A stretch of DNA of 28,097 nucleotides from Planctomycetaceae bacterium (GTDB lineage: Bacteria; Planctomycetota; Planctomycetia; Planctomycetales; Planctomycetaceae), in the NCBI GenBank assembly GCA_047611045.1, contig JBLFXD010000001.1, positions 1-28,097 on the forward strand, read 5' to 3'. Under the pieces are notes generated by a model that saw only the letters and a list, made by a program, of their open reading frames with translations, did not search any database and had not been told where the DNA came from. A program made the translations under genes and the position numbers. Of this stretch, positions 8,196-16,401 are shown one piece after another. Position 1 is the first letter of the stretch, and the number at the start of each line of letters is the position of its first letter.

Positions 8196-8709
8196 GTGAG
8201 CTCCCATCCATCAATTCACTCAGAGCCGTCTTCGCCCTGTTCAGCTTTACGCCCACGTTGCTTTCCGAGATGCCCAACACTTCGGCCATCTCCCGGTAAC
8301 TCAATTCGTCCAGGTAAAGCAGCACCAGCGCCGCATCGGTTTTTCGCAACTGGTGAATCGCTTTGTAGAGTTGCTCGACGGTCTCTCGCTGCTGAACCTG
8401 CTCGGCGCTGTCCGACTCCTCGGTTGGCAACGACTGAACTTCCAGGAACGGTTTCTGTCGTGACCGTCGAGGTCTGTCCTTCCTCTGCCAGTTCATCGCG
8501 GTGTGAAGTGCCACGCGATAAAACCACGTCGCCGCACTCGCCTTGCCCTCAAACTTCGGCAAGGACCGCCAGGCCTGCAGCAGAATTTCCTGAGCAAGGT
8601 CCTGGCATTCTTCACTGGTCAGTGTGTAAGCGCGAGCCACCTTCACGACCGACGAGCCATGCTCGCCCAGCCAGTTCATGAACTGTGACTCTTGATCGTC
8701 GCCCACCAA
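8185..8709 (-). CDS. ECF (sigma-70 group 4) RNA polymerase sigma factor
   Basis: Region 2 reads QDLAQEILLQAWRSLPKFEGKASAATWFYRVAL. The region 4 HTH reads LSYREMAEVLGISESNVGVKLNRAK. An AAGGA RBS precedes the TTG/GTG start. Confidence 0.95.
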   Translation of the reverse strand: MVGDDQESQFMNWLGEHGSSVVKVARAYTLTSEECQDLAQEILLQAWRSLPKFEGKASAATWFYRVALHTAMNWQRKDRPRRSRQKPFLEVQSLPTEESDSAEQVQQRETVEQLYKAIHQLRKTDAALVLLYLDELSYREMAEVLGISESNVGVKLNRAKTALSELMDGSSHGS

Positions 8710-9028
8710 CTCAGATCCTTTAAAAACCTCGTTCCAGCAGTATTGGTCACGCGAGCGAGCATCCCCTTACACAGAAACATCCGCCGCAGTCGATTTCCTC
8801 TGGACCATGATCCGGGGCAGCGTGTTGATGCGGACTGCGGAGAGATTCAGGTCGACTTTCACGACGGTCGTCGCGACACCGTGAGTAGAGCGTGCGACGG
8901 ATTTCGGCAACGGAGCCTTCGACTGAATGACGGGGCTTCCTACCGCGAAAGAATTCAGGCAGACTGTACGGTGCCGAATCGTTCGCAGTCATCCAGACCC
9001 TCCCAATCAGAAACGCAGATCGACTTCG

Positions 9029-10423
9029 ATGCCCCATCAACTGCAAAGGCGACAACTTCTGCAGGCCGGATTGACTGGCTTTACCGGCCTCACCCTGCCT
9101 GGTCTTTACCGGGCGAGGGCCGAGGCGGCGACGAGTCGGCAGTCCGACACCGCCATTATTCTGGTCTGGCTGCGCGGCGGCCAAAGTCATCTCGACACCT
9201 TCGATATGAAGCCGGATGCCGTATCGGATTACCGAGGTCCGTTCAGCCCGATCGACTCGAACGTGCCTGGCATGTCCATCACCGAGCTGTATCCGAAAAT
9301 GTCGCAGTGCGCCGACAGGTTCGCGCTGCTGCGTTCGGTGGCTCATAACGCGGGCGGGCATCCGGCGGGTTCTCTGCGAGTCCTCGGTGGCGATCCCGCG
9401 TCGGCCGATAAGCCCACGCCGACGTATCCGGACTGGATGTCCATCGCCAGCTACCTCAGGCACGACCCGTCCCGGCAGCTTCCGAATTATGTCACCGTCA
9501 ATCCTGTCGACCGTTACGACTCGTTCCAGATTGCCGGTCCAGCTTACCTGGGGCCGTCCTACGAACCGTTCAAAGTGACCGGTGACCCCTCCGCACCGAA
9601 ATTTTCCGTCCCCAATCTCGGGCTGTCCGATCAGGAAGCGAATCGCCGCCTGGGCGAGCGGAGTGATCTCCGTCGGAACATCGATCTCATGCGGCGGGAC
9701 ATCGATCAAACGGGATTGATGCGGGCCTTCGACAGCTTCGATGCCCAAGCTCTGCGACTGCTCTCCAGCCCCGAAGCGGCCAAGGCGTTCGACGTCTCCC
9801 AGGAACCCGACAAACTCCGAGATCGATACGGCCGCAACAGCTGGGGCCAGCAATGCCTGATGGCTCGACGGCTGGTCGAAGCGGGCGTGGATATCGTGTC
9901 GACCGAGTTTGATGGCCCGCTGTGTGGTCGTGTCGCCAATTGGGATGACCACGCCGTGAACCACCACGTCTTCGACGCCAACAAGCATCGGGCTCCGTTC
10001 TACGATCAGGCGATCTCCGCATTGATTGAAGACATTTACGACCGCGGGCTGGATCGGCGAGTCATGGTTGTCGTCACCGGCGAGTTCGGTCGCACGCCAC
10101 GAATCACCAACGTCGCCAGCAGCGGCGGTGGTGTGGCCAGCGCTGCCAAAGGCACGGTGCAGCCCGGTCGAGATCACTGGCCACGTGCCAACACAATGCT
10201 CTTTTCCGGCGGAGGCATTCAAACGGGCCAGGTCATCGGCGCCACCGACAAGAATGGCGAAGACCCGATCTCGCGACGCGTGACGCCGTACGATTTTCTG
10301 ATGACGATTTTTCAACACCTCGGCTTCGACCACGTGCAGCTCGCCCTGCACTCATTCGCCGGCCGCCGGAATCCGATCTTTTCCAAAGGCGATCCGATTC
10401 CCGAACTCGCCCGCACGTCGTGA
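9029..10423 (+). CDS. DUF1501 domain protein (planctomycete family)
   Basis: It has an N-terminal RRQLLQAG and the motifs GGQSHLDTFDMKP, WDDHA, GEFGRTP and GRDHWP. The start is placed at ATG 9029 rather than 8927 because the RR motif then lies near the N-terminus. Confidence 0.9.
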   Translation: MPHQLQRRQLLQAGLTGFTGLTLPGLYRARAEAATSRQSDTAIILVWLRGGQSHLDTFDMKPDAVSDYRGPFSPIDSNVPGMSITELYPKMSQCADRFALLRSVAHNAGGHPAGSLRVLGGDPASADKPTPTYPDWMSIASYLRHDPSRQLPNYVTVNPVDRYDSFQIAGPAYLGPSYEPFKVTGDPSAPKFSVPNLGLSDQEANRRLGERSDLRRNIDLMRRDIDQTGLMRAFDSFDAQALRLLSSPEAAKAFDVSQEPDKLRDRYGRNSWGQQCLMARRLVEAGVDIVSTEFDGPLCGRVANWDDHAVNHHVFDANKHRAPFYDQAISALIEDIYDRGLDRRVMVVVTGEFGRTPRITNVASSGGGVASAAKGTVQPGRDHWPRANTMLFSGGGIQTGQVIGATDKNGEDPISRRVTPYDFLMTIFQHLGFDHVQLALHSFAGRRNPIFSKGDPIPELARTS

Positions 10424-10492
10424 CCGAACAAACCCCGGTGAGGAACTGGCTATGCGCGTCGCAGCAATCATTATTCTTTCCGGAGTCAGTCA

Positions 10493-11389
10493 ATGAAAAG
10501 AGTTGCCGCCGAACCGCTCGTGTACGAATTCAGCCGTCACCTGGAACCGCGGGCGAGGATTCAGTCGGGTGAGTCGTTGCTCGTTGAGTCCGAAGATGCG
10601 CTGTCGGGGCAGATTCGCACGAACAACGACCGGCGCGACAAACAGGCCATGCCGTTCAGCAATCCCGTGGCCGGTCCCATCTTCGTTGAAGGAGCGGAAC
10701 CGGGTGACTCGATCGCCGTCACGATTCAGAAGATCGAGCCGCGAGACAATCAGGCGGCGACTTACACCGGGGCACCGAAACAGCTTTGCGAATGGCTGGG
10801 CACCGACGTGCCGCCCGGAGCCCACGTTTGCCCAATTCGCGATGGACACGTTTACTGGAGCGACGACATCGCGATTCCGTACGCACCGATGCTCGGCTGC
10901 ATCGGCACGGCTCCGGCCGTCGGCGTTCCGACCACGCTTCCTGCCGGACCGCACGGCGGCAACCTTGATCTGGTCGAGGTCTGTCCGGACAGCACGATTC
11001 ATCTGCCGGTCTTCGTCGACGGAGCCTGCCTCTACCTTGGAGACGCTCATGCGGCGATGGGGCATGGCGAGTTGTCTGCCACCGGTCTTGAGATGGCCGC
11101 CGAAACGACGATCTCTATCGAGCTGATGAAATCAAAAACGCTCGCCGGCCCTCGTATCGAAACTCCAACCGAGATCGTCACTGTCGCGACGGGCTGCCCG
11201 ATGGAGCGGTCAGTCGCCGAAGCGTACGCTCGGCTGATTCTGTGGATGGAAGAAGACTTTGGCTGGGACCGCTGGAAGGCGTACGACGTGCTGACTCATG
11301 TCGGCCGCATTTCCGTCGGCTACTACGGCATCGGTACCGTCGGCACAAAGATCGAAAAGAAGTACCTGGCCACTCCGCCTCCGGCGTGA
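10493..11389 (+). CDS. Acetamidase/formamidase family protein
   Basis: Motifs are NPVAGPIFVEGAEPGD, PMLGCIGTAP, HGGNLD and LYLGDAHAAMGHGELSATGLE. A GGAG RBS is present. Confidence 0.9.
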   Translation: MKRVAAEPLVYEFSRHLEPRARIQSGESLLVESEDALSGQIRTNNDRRDKQAMPFSNPVAGPIFVEGAEPGDSIAVTIQKIEPRDNQAATYTGAPKQLCEWLGTDVPPGAHVCPIRDGHVYWSDDIAIPYAPMLGCIGTAPAVGVPTTLPAGPHGGNLDLVEVCPDSTIHLPVFVDGACLYLGDAHAAMGHGELSATGLEMAAETTISIELMKSKTLAGPRIETPTEIVTVATGCPMERSVAEAYARLILWMEEDFGWDRWKAYDVLTHVGRISVGYYGIGTVGTKIEKKYLATPPPA

Positions 11390-11451
11390 GATTGCCGAAT
11401 TCCGCAACCACTGTGAGAAGGAACGTGGCGACCCACCGTGGAAGCAACTCT

Positions 11452-12693
11452 CTACGTTGCGGTGGGCAGAAGAAGTGACGCATCAATGTCGTCGACCGTC
11501 GCGCAGCCGGATGAAATCATCGCGTTCGTCAGTTCATCGCGGAGGATTTCGAGGGCCAGTTTGACGCCGGTTTCTCCGCCGGCTGCCAGTGACCACGCCT
11601 GAGGCCGACCGATCAGGACGGCTTTCGCTCCCAGTGCCAGTGCTTTCAGAACGTCTCCGCCGCGACGGACGCCGCTGTCGAAGAGGACTTCCAGATTTCC
11701 ATCGGCGGCTTCGACGACTTCTTTCAGCATATCGATCGACGCGGGCATGCCGTCCAGTCGGCGGCCGCCATGATTTGAGACGACGATTCCGTCGAGCTTC
11801 AAATCGATCGACTGCTGCACGGCCTCTTTCGTCAGCACACCTTTCAGAATGATCGGCAACTTTGTTTCGCGACGCAGCCACTGAAAGAAGTCGACGCTCA
11901 AAGAAACGTCCCAGGCTTTCGCGTTGAAGGCGACCAGCTCGTCATACGAGTTTCGCTCGGAGACTTTTGTGTGGCCGATGTCGCGCAGATGTTTCAGCAG
12001 CATGTCTCTGGGAAGTGAGAACCGGTTTCGCAGGTCCGCGTCTTTCCGCTCACCCAGGTCGACAGTCACGACCAGAGCTTTGTAGCCGGCAGCTTCGGCT
12101 CGTTTGACGAGTTGCCTCGCCAGCTCGCGATCGCTGGGCACGTACAACTGAAACCACTTCGGGCCAGAGCTGGCCGCTGCGATTTCCTCGACGCTGTTTC
12201 CGACACTCGTACTGGTGACGCAGATCGTTCCCGCCGACGCAGCTGCTCGCGCCGACGCTCGCCCGCCTTCGGGATGAAACATTCGTAGCGCCGCGACAGG
12301 CGCGAGCATGATTGGCATCGAAATCTTTTGCCCCAGCACGGTTGTAGAGAGATCCGTCCGCTGAACTCCGTGCAGCAGCGGAGGCAGAATCCGCATGCGG
12401 CGAAAAGCTTCGACGTTGTCCCGGAGTGTGACCTCGTCTTCGGATCCGCTGGTGATGTACTCGAATGTCGTCTTGGGAAGCTTCGCTTTGGCGAGCGGAA
12501 TGAAATCGCCGATCGTCACCGGAGAAGCCGGCCACGCGTCAACCGCCGCCGCTCCGACTCCACCAGCGCCGGGCTTGCCGGCGTTATCGACAGACGCCTC
12601 GTCGGCCGCTGCTGCGGTGTTGCCTTCCACGTGGGCGGCCGAAAACATTCCGGCACCAAACGCCAGGAGCTGGGAGAAAGTTCGACGGTTCAT
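11452..12693 (-). CDS. FMN-dependent alpha-hydroxy-acid oxidase/dehydrogenase (glycolate oxidase/LldD family) with a twin-arginine-type leader
   Basis: Motifs are PIMLAPV, WFQLY, IILKGV, SNHGGRRLD and DSGVRRGGDVLKALALGA. The N-terminus is MNRRTFSQLLAFGAG. A GAGGG RBS is present. Confidence 0.92.
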   Translation of the reverse strand: MNRRTFSQLLAFGAGMFSAAHVEGNTAAAADEASVDNAGKPGAGGVGAAAVDAWPASPVTIGDFIPLAKAKLPKTTFEYITSGSEDEVTLRDNVEAFRRMRILPPLLHGVQRTDLSTTVLGQKISMPIMLAPVAALRMFHPEGGRASARAAASAGTICVTSTSVGNSVEEIAAASSGPKWFQLYVPSDRELARQLVKRAEAAGYKALVVTVDLGERKDADLRNRFSLPRDMLLKHLRDIGHTKVSERNSYDELVAFNAKAWDVSLSVDFFQWLRRETKLPIILKGVLTKEAVQQSIDLKLDGIVVSNHGGRRLDGMPASIDMLKEVVEAADGNLEVLFDSGVRRGGDVLKALALGAKAVLIGRPQAWSLAAGGETGVKLALEILRDELTNAMISSGCATVDDIDASLLLPTAT

Positions 12694-12762
12694 TGCATCC
12701 CTCTTTCTGCGGCGGGCGTGTAACGTTTGGAACTAACGGGCAGACTGTGTCAGCAATTCATT

Positions 12763-12934
12763 GTCACCTCGCCCCTGGGGGAGAGGTCGCGGTCTCAGCC
12801 GCGGGTGAGGGGGACTTCGAGGTCGTCCCGCTCGCTGAAACCTTCTGAAACGGAAACCCTCACCCGGGCCTGAAAGCCCGACCTCTCCCGCAAGCGGGAG
12901 AGGTGAGATTTCCAAGGGACGTCGCAATGTCCAA
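12763..12934. repeat. Palindromic MITE/REP-like element, copy 1
   Basis: A left arm (GTCACCTCGCCCCTGGGGGAGAGGTCGCGGTCTCAGCCGCGGGTGAGGGGG) and an imperfectly inverted right arm (CCCTCACCCGGGCCTGAAAGCCCGACCTCTCCCGCAAGCGGGAGAGGTGA) surround a spacer of about 45 nt. Similarity to copy 2 continues to ATGTCCAA at 12934. Confidence 0.85.
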
Positions 12935-13004
12935 CTGCAATTTTGACAACAGAACAATCTGCGGCTTATCCCACGTCGACAGACTCTAGCGAGGCTCTTC
13001 GTTC

Positions 13005-14819
13005 ATGACACGCCGCCGTGACTTTACATTGGCTATCCTCGCGATGTGCATCGCCTTGGTGGTGCATTTCACATTGTCTCCGCCGCCGTCTGTGAACGGA
13101 GCGGGAAACGAAACCGGACACACTGGACGAACTGACAACCCGGTCAGGCCCGACTCGCCGCCGCAAGTGATCATTGTCGGAGCCGGCATCTCTGGACTCT
13201 CGGCCGCGCTGGAACTCGGGCGCGGCGGCGCGAACGTCACGGTCGTCGACATGTCTTCGGTTTTCGGCGGTCACGCCGTGATGTCTCAGGGAGGCGTCAG
13301 CGTCGTCGACACGCCGATCCAGCGCGAGACTGGCTGGAACGATTCATCCGACCTCGCGGAACGCGACTTCATCGAATGGGGTGAGGACGCCGACCCGGCA
13401 TGGGTGAAGTATTACGTCGAGAATTCACGACGAGACATTTACGAATGGCTGACCGAGCTGGGAGTTCGCTTCGAGGGTGTCCTGCCGGCGCCGGGCAACT
13501 CGGTGGACCGTTTTCATCAGCCGGCCGGACGAGGCATCGGACTGGTGGCACCGCTGTATCGCGAGTGCCTGAAGCATGCCAACATCCGCTTTGTCTGGAA
13601 CGTGCAGGCAACGAAGTTGCTGCAGGACGGCGATCGCGTGACCGGCGTTCGACTCCTGAATCTCCGCGAGGATTCAGAGCAGTCACTTAAAGCCGAGGCC
13701 GTCGTGCTGGCAACCGGAGGCTTTCAAAGCAATCTCGACATGGTTCGCGAGTTCTGGCCAGCAGACGTGACGTTTCCGGAAAAGATTCTGGCGGGGTCAG
13801 GACGCAATTCGGTCGGCCGCGGACACCGGCTGGCTCAGGCGGCCGGCGCTGAACTCGTGAAGATGGATCATCAGTGGAACTATTTCACCGGCATTCCCGA
13901 CCCGCGTCAGACCGACAGTAATCACGGACTCAGCGCCGCCAACATGTACGGCATTCTGGTCAATCCACAGGGACAGCGTTTCGCGAATCTCCACAACTGG
14001 GCGAAGGAAGTGATGCCGCCGATGCTCCGTCAGAAGCGTGTCACCGTGTGGTTCGTGTTTGACGAGGCGACGAAATCAAAGTTCACGATCTCCGGCTCGG
14101 ACTGGGCGGACTTCAAGAAAGTCGAGCGGCTCGTGCTGGACAATCCGGATCTCGTGGCGAAGGCAGACACGATCGCCGGCCTCGCTGAGAAGACCGGACT
14201 GCCTCCGAAAAATCTGCAGGCAACGATCGCCCGGTATAACGCACTGGTCGACAAAGGTCGCGACGAAGACTTCGGTCGCTTCGGCCCGGACCGATCCGAG
14301 TTCAACAACACGGCGTCGCCCAAACTGAACTCGCCGCCTTACTACGCCATGCAGAGTTGGCCGCTCACCCGCAAGAGCATGGGCGGCGTGGCTATCGATC
14401 TAAAGTGCCGAGTGCTGACTCGATCGAAGACTCCCATTCCAGGGCTGTACGCCGTCGGCGAGCTGACCGGTCTGGCCGGCATCAACGGAAAGGCGGCACT
14501 GGAAGGCACGTTTCTCGGCCCGTGCATCGTCACCGGCCGAGTCGCCGCGCGTTCAATTCTGGGCGAGCCCGCTCCGCCAGTGACGCCGCTGCCAGCCAGT
14601 TCCGAACGCTGCACTGACTGTCACGACGTCGCATCGCTCGTCAAAGAAAATCGCAAGGGCTACTGGCATTTCGAGAAGTCACATCGCGTCGTACTGGAAC
14701 GAGAACTCGCGTGCCTGCTGTGTCATGCAGAACTGGCTCCGTACGACGAGGCGTCTCATAAGATGAACCAGCTGGCGCTAACGGCATCCTGCGCGAGTTG
14801 TCACATCGCCCAGGAATAA
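13005..14819 (+). CDS. FAD-dependent oxidoreductase (FAD_binding_2, flavocytochrome c/SdhA-like) with a C-terminal tri-haem c domain
   Basis: It has an N-terminal signal or anchor (MTRRRDFTLAILAMCIALVV) and the motifs IIVGAGISG, VVLATGGF and PGLYAVGELTG. CxxCH motifs lie at 14610 (CTDCH), 14712 (CLLCH) and 14790 (CASCH). Confidence 0.9.
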   Translation: MTRRRDFTLAILAMCIALVVHFTLSPPPSVNGAGNETGHTGRTDNPVRPDSPPQVIIVGAGISGLSAALELGRGGANVTVVDMSSVFGGHAVMSQGGVSVVDTPIQRETGWNDSSDLAERDFIEWGEDADPAWVKYYVENSRRDIYEWLTELGVRFEGVLPAPGNSVDRFHQPAGRGIGLVAPLYRECLKHANIRFVWNVQATKLLQDGDRVTGVRLLNLREDSEQSLKAEAVVLATGGFQSNLDMVREFWPADVTFPEKILAGSGRNSVGRGHRLAQAAGAELVKMDHQWNYFTGIPDPRQTDSNHGLSAANMYGILVNPQGQRFANLHNWAKEVMPPMLRQKRVTVWFVFDEATKSKFTISGSDWADFKKVERLVLDNPDLVAKADTIAGLAEKTGLPPKNLQATIARYNALVDKGRDEDFGRFGPDRSEFNNTASPKLNSPPYYAMQSWPLTRKSMGGVAIDLKCRVLTRSKTPIPGLYAVGELTGLAGINGKAALEGTFLGPCIVTGRVAARSILGEPAPPVTPLPASSERCTDCHDVASLVKENRKGYWHFEKSHRVVLERELACLLCHAELAPYDEASHKMNQLALTASCASCHIAQE

Positions 14820-14836
14820 CGACGCACGCTGGCTGG

Positions 14837-15042
14837 TTGGACTTCGCCACTTGGGACCTTATCGTCACCTCGCCCCCTTGGGGGAGAGGTCGCGGTCTCA
14901 GCCGCGGGTGAGGGGGCTTTTACACCTGATTTTTACGACAAAGGTGACATTCTTTTGAAACGGAAGCCCTCACCCGGCCCTGAGAGGCCGACCTCTCCCG
15001 CAAGCGGGAGAGGTGACATTTCGAAAACGTAGCGATGTCCAA
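14837..15042. repeat. Palindromic MITE/REP-like element, copy 2
   Basis: The arms match copy 1 (GTCACCTC at 14864 to GAGGTGAC at 15017) around a different spacer that also ends in TGAAACGGAA. The outer ends are imperfect inverted repeats: TTGGACTTCGCCAC and GTAGCGATGTCCAA. Confidence 0.85.
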
Positions 15043-15087
15043 TCAGGCGGATCTAATTCTAGATCTGACAACTCAGGAGAATTCATC

Positions 15088-16092
15088 ATGACTGAAAAGA
15101 GCCTCGTCACTTCAAGCGTCGACTTTGACGCCGACGGAAAACAGTCCGGCAACCTCGCCGTGCCGCAGTCGACAAACTCAGCTGGCTGGGCGAAGTACTT
15201 CGTGCCGATCTTTGTGGTGAAAAATGGCGACGGGCCGACTGCCGTTCTCTCCGGAGGCAACCACGGCGACGAGTACGAAGGTCCCGTCACGCTGATGAAT
15301 CTTTTTCGCGAACTGAATCCGGCAGACATTCGCGGGCGGATCATCATCATTCCAATGTTGAATCATCCGGCGGTGGCGTCGGGCACGCGGCTGTCACCGA
15401 TTGACGGAAAGAATATGAACCGGGCGTTTCCGGGCCGGCCGACGGACACGATCACCGGCATGATCGCGCACTTTGTCGCCACCCAGGTGCTACCGTTGGC
15501 TGATCTGGTCGTGGATATTCACTCGGGCGGCTCGTCCATGCACATGCTGCCTTCGGTCAACATGCACCGCGTGGACGACGCCGATCAGATGGAACGCATG
15601 CTGGCAGCCGGTCGCGCGTGGGGAGCCCCTTACGTCTTCCTCTATCACGACGTGGCCGGGTCGGGACTGCTGCCGTCATTTGCCGAAGGGCTCGGCAAAG
15701 TCACGCTGGGTACTGAGATGGGCAGCAAGGCTCAATTCGGAGTCGACATGCTGCGTCACACCGGCCGAGTCCGCAACGTCCTGCATCATGCCGGCATCCT
15801 GCAGGAAGCACCCACGGATCGTGGCGAGGCGAAGCCGATCATCATGGCCGGCGATCACGAAGAGGATTACATCATGTCTCCAGCCAGCGGTATCTTCGAA
15901 CCGTTTTTCGAACTGGAAGACCGCATCGAATCCGGACAGCAGATCGGTCAGGTCCACAGCCTGGAACATCCCGACCGGCCGACCGAACCTGTCTTCGCAC
16001 AGTCGAGCGGAATTCTTTTCGTGCGGCGATCCGTTCCGCTGTGCCGTCAGGGCGAGTGCCTGGCCGTGCTGACTCGCGAAGTGGATATGTGA
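15088..16092 (+). CDS. Succinylglutamate desuccinylase/aspartoacylase (M14-like) family deacylase resembling DoeB (N-alpha-acetyl-diaminobutyrate deacetylase)
   Basis: Motifs are GGNHGDEYEG, GRIIIIP, NMNRAFPG and DIHSGG, with a C-terminal biotinyl-like segment (SPASGIFEP...GQQIGQV). The N-terminus VDFDADGKQSG.L.VP resembles DoeB as I recall it. AGGAGA at 15075-15080 precedes ATG 15088. Confidence 0.85.
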   Translation: MTEKSLVTSSVDFDADGKQSGNLAVPQSTNSAGWAKYFVPIFVVKNGDGPTAVLSGGNHGDEYEGPVTLMNLFRELNPADIRGRIIIIPMLNHPAVASGTRLSPIDGKNMNRAFPGRPTDTITGMIAHFVATQVLPLADLVVDIHSGGSSMHMLPSVNMHRVDDADQMERMLAAGRAWGAPYVFLYHDVAGSGLLPSFAEGLGKVTLGTEMGSKAQFGVDMLRHTGRVRNVLHHAGILQEAPTDRGEAKPIIMAGDHEEDYIMSPASGIFEPFFELEDRIESGQQIGQVHSLEHPDRPTEPVFAQSSGILFVRRSVPLCRQGECLAVLTREVDM

Positions 16093-16151
16093 TTGCCGAT
16101 TGGAAAAGGCCGTAATGCCTGGTGGTGATTGGGCGGCCGGGGTAGGTTTTC

Positions 16152-16292
16152 GTAGGGTGTGACAAGCGGGCTGAATGGTGATGGCGGTGTGCCGGCGCGG
16201 AGATCCTTGAGCAATTTCGACGTTTGCAAACTCCGACAACTGCCCGCGCCGGCACACCGTCAATTGAGTTTGCTCCGCTTGTCACACCCTAC
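16152..16292. repeat. Nested inverted-repeat element of the GTAG-REP type
   Basis: The outer perfect 18-bp IR is GTAGGGTGTGACAAGCGG (16152-16169 and 16275-16292). The inner perfect 16-bp IR is CGGTGTGCCGGCGCGG (16185-16200 and 16244-16259). Both sides have 15-nt spacers, and the central loop is 43 nt. Confidence 0.85.
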
Positions 16293-16401
16293 TCAAGCTG
16301 ACGATGCATCGCGGACCGTTGCCGGTTTGCTGTCCTGCCATTAGCCTCGCCATCTCACGGAAATATTCAGTCGTTCAGACGGCGATTTCGGAGAAAGCTC
16401 G

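Noticed and set aside
8747-8771. Possible autoregulatory ECF promoter, TGTAAG-N14-CGTGA on the minus strand upstream of the sigma gene
   Set aside because: It is a short motif with atypical spacing, and I found no second copy upstream of the downstream hydrolase. It cannot be supported without cross-genome motif analysis or TSS data.
8747-10351. 534-aa minus-strand ORF
   Set aside because: It is the antisense shadow of the DUF1501 gene, which has clear family motifs. Such shadows are common in GC-rich DNA, and this one has no recognisable motifs.
13005-14819. Calling the FAD protein fumarate reductase or succinate dehydrogenase
   Set aside because: The His/Arg catalytic segments are replaced (TRKSMGG, GKAALEG), and there are no Fe-S or membrane-anchor subunit genes alongside.
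12763-16292. CRISPR interpretation of the repeat-spacer-repeat elements
   Set aside because: The arms are inverted rather than direct, there is only one spacer per element, and no cas genes are present.
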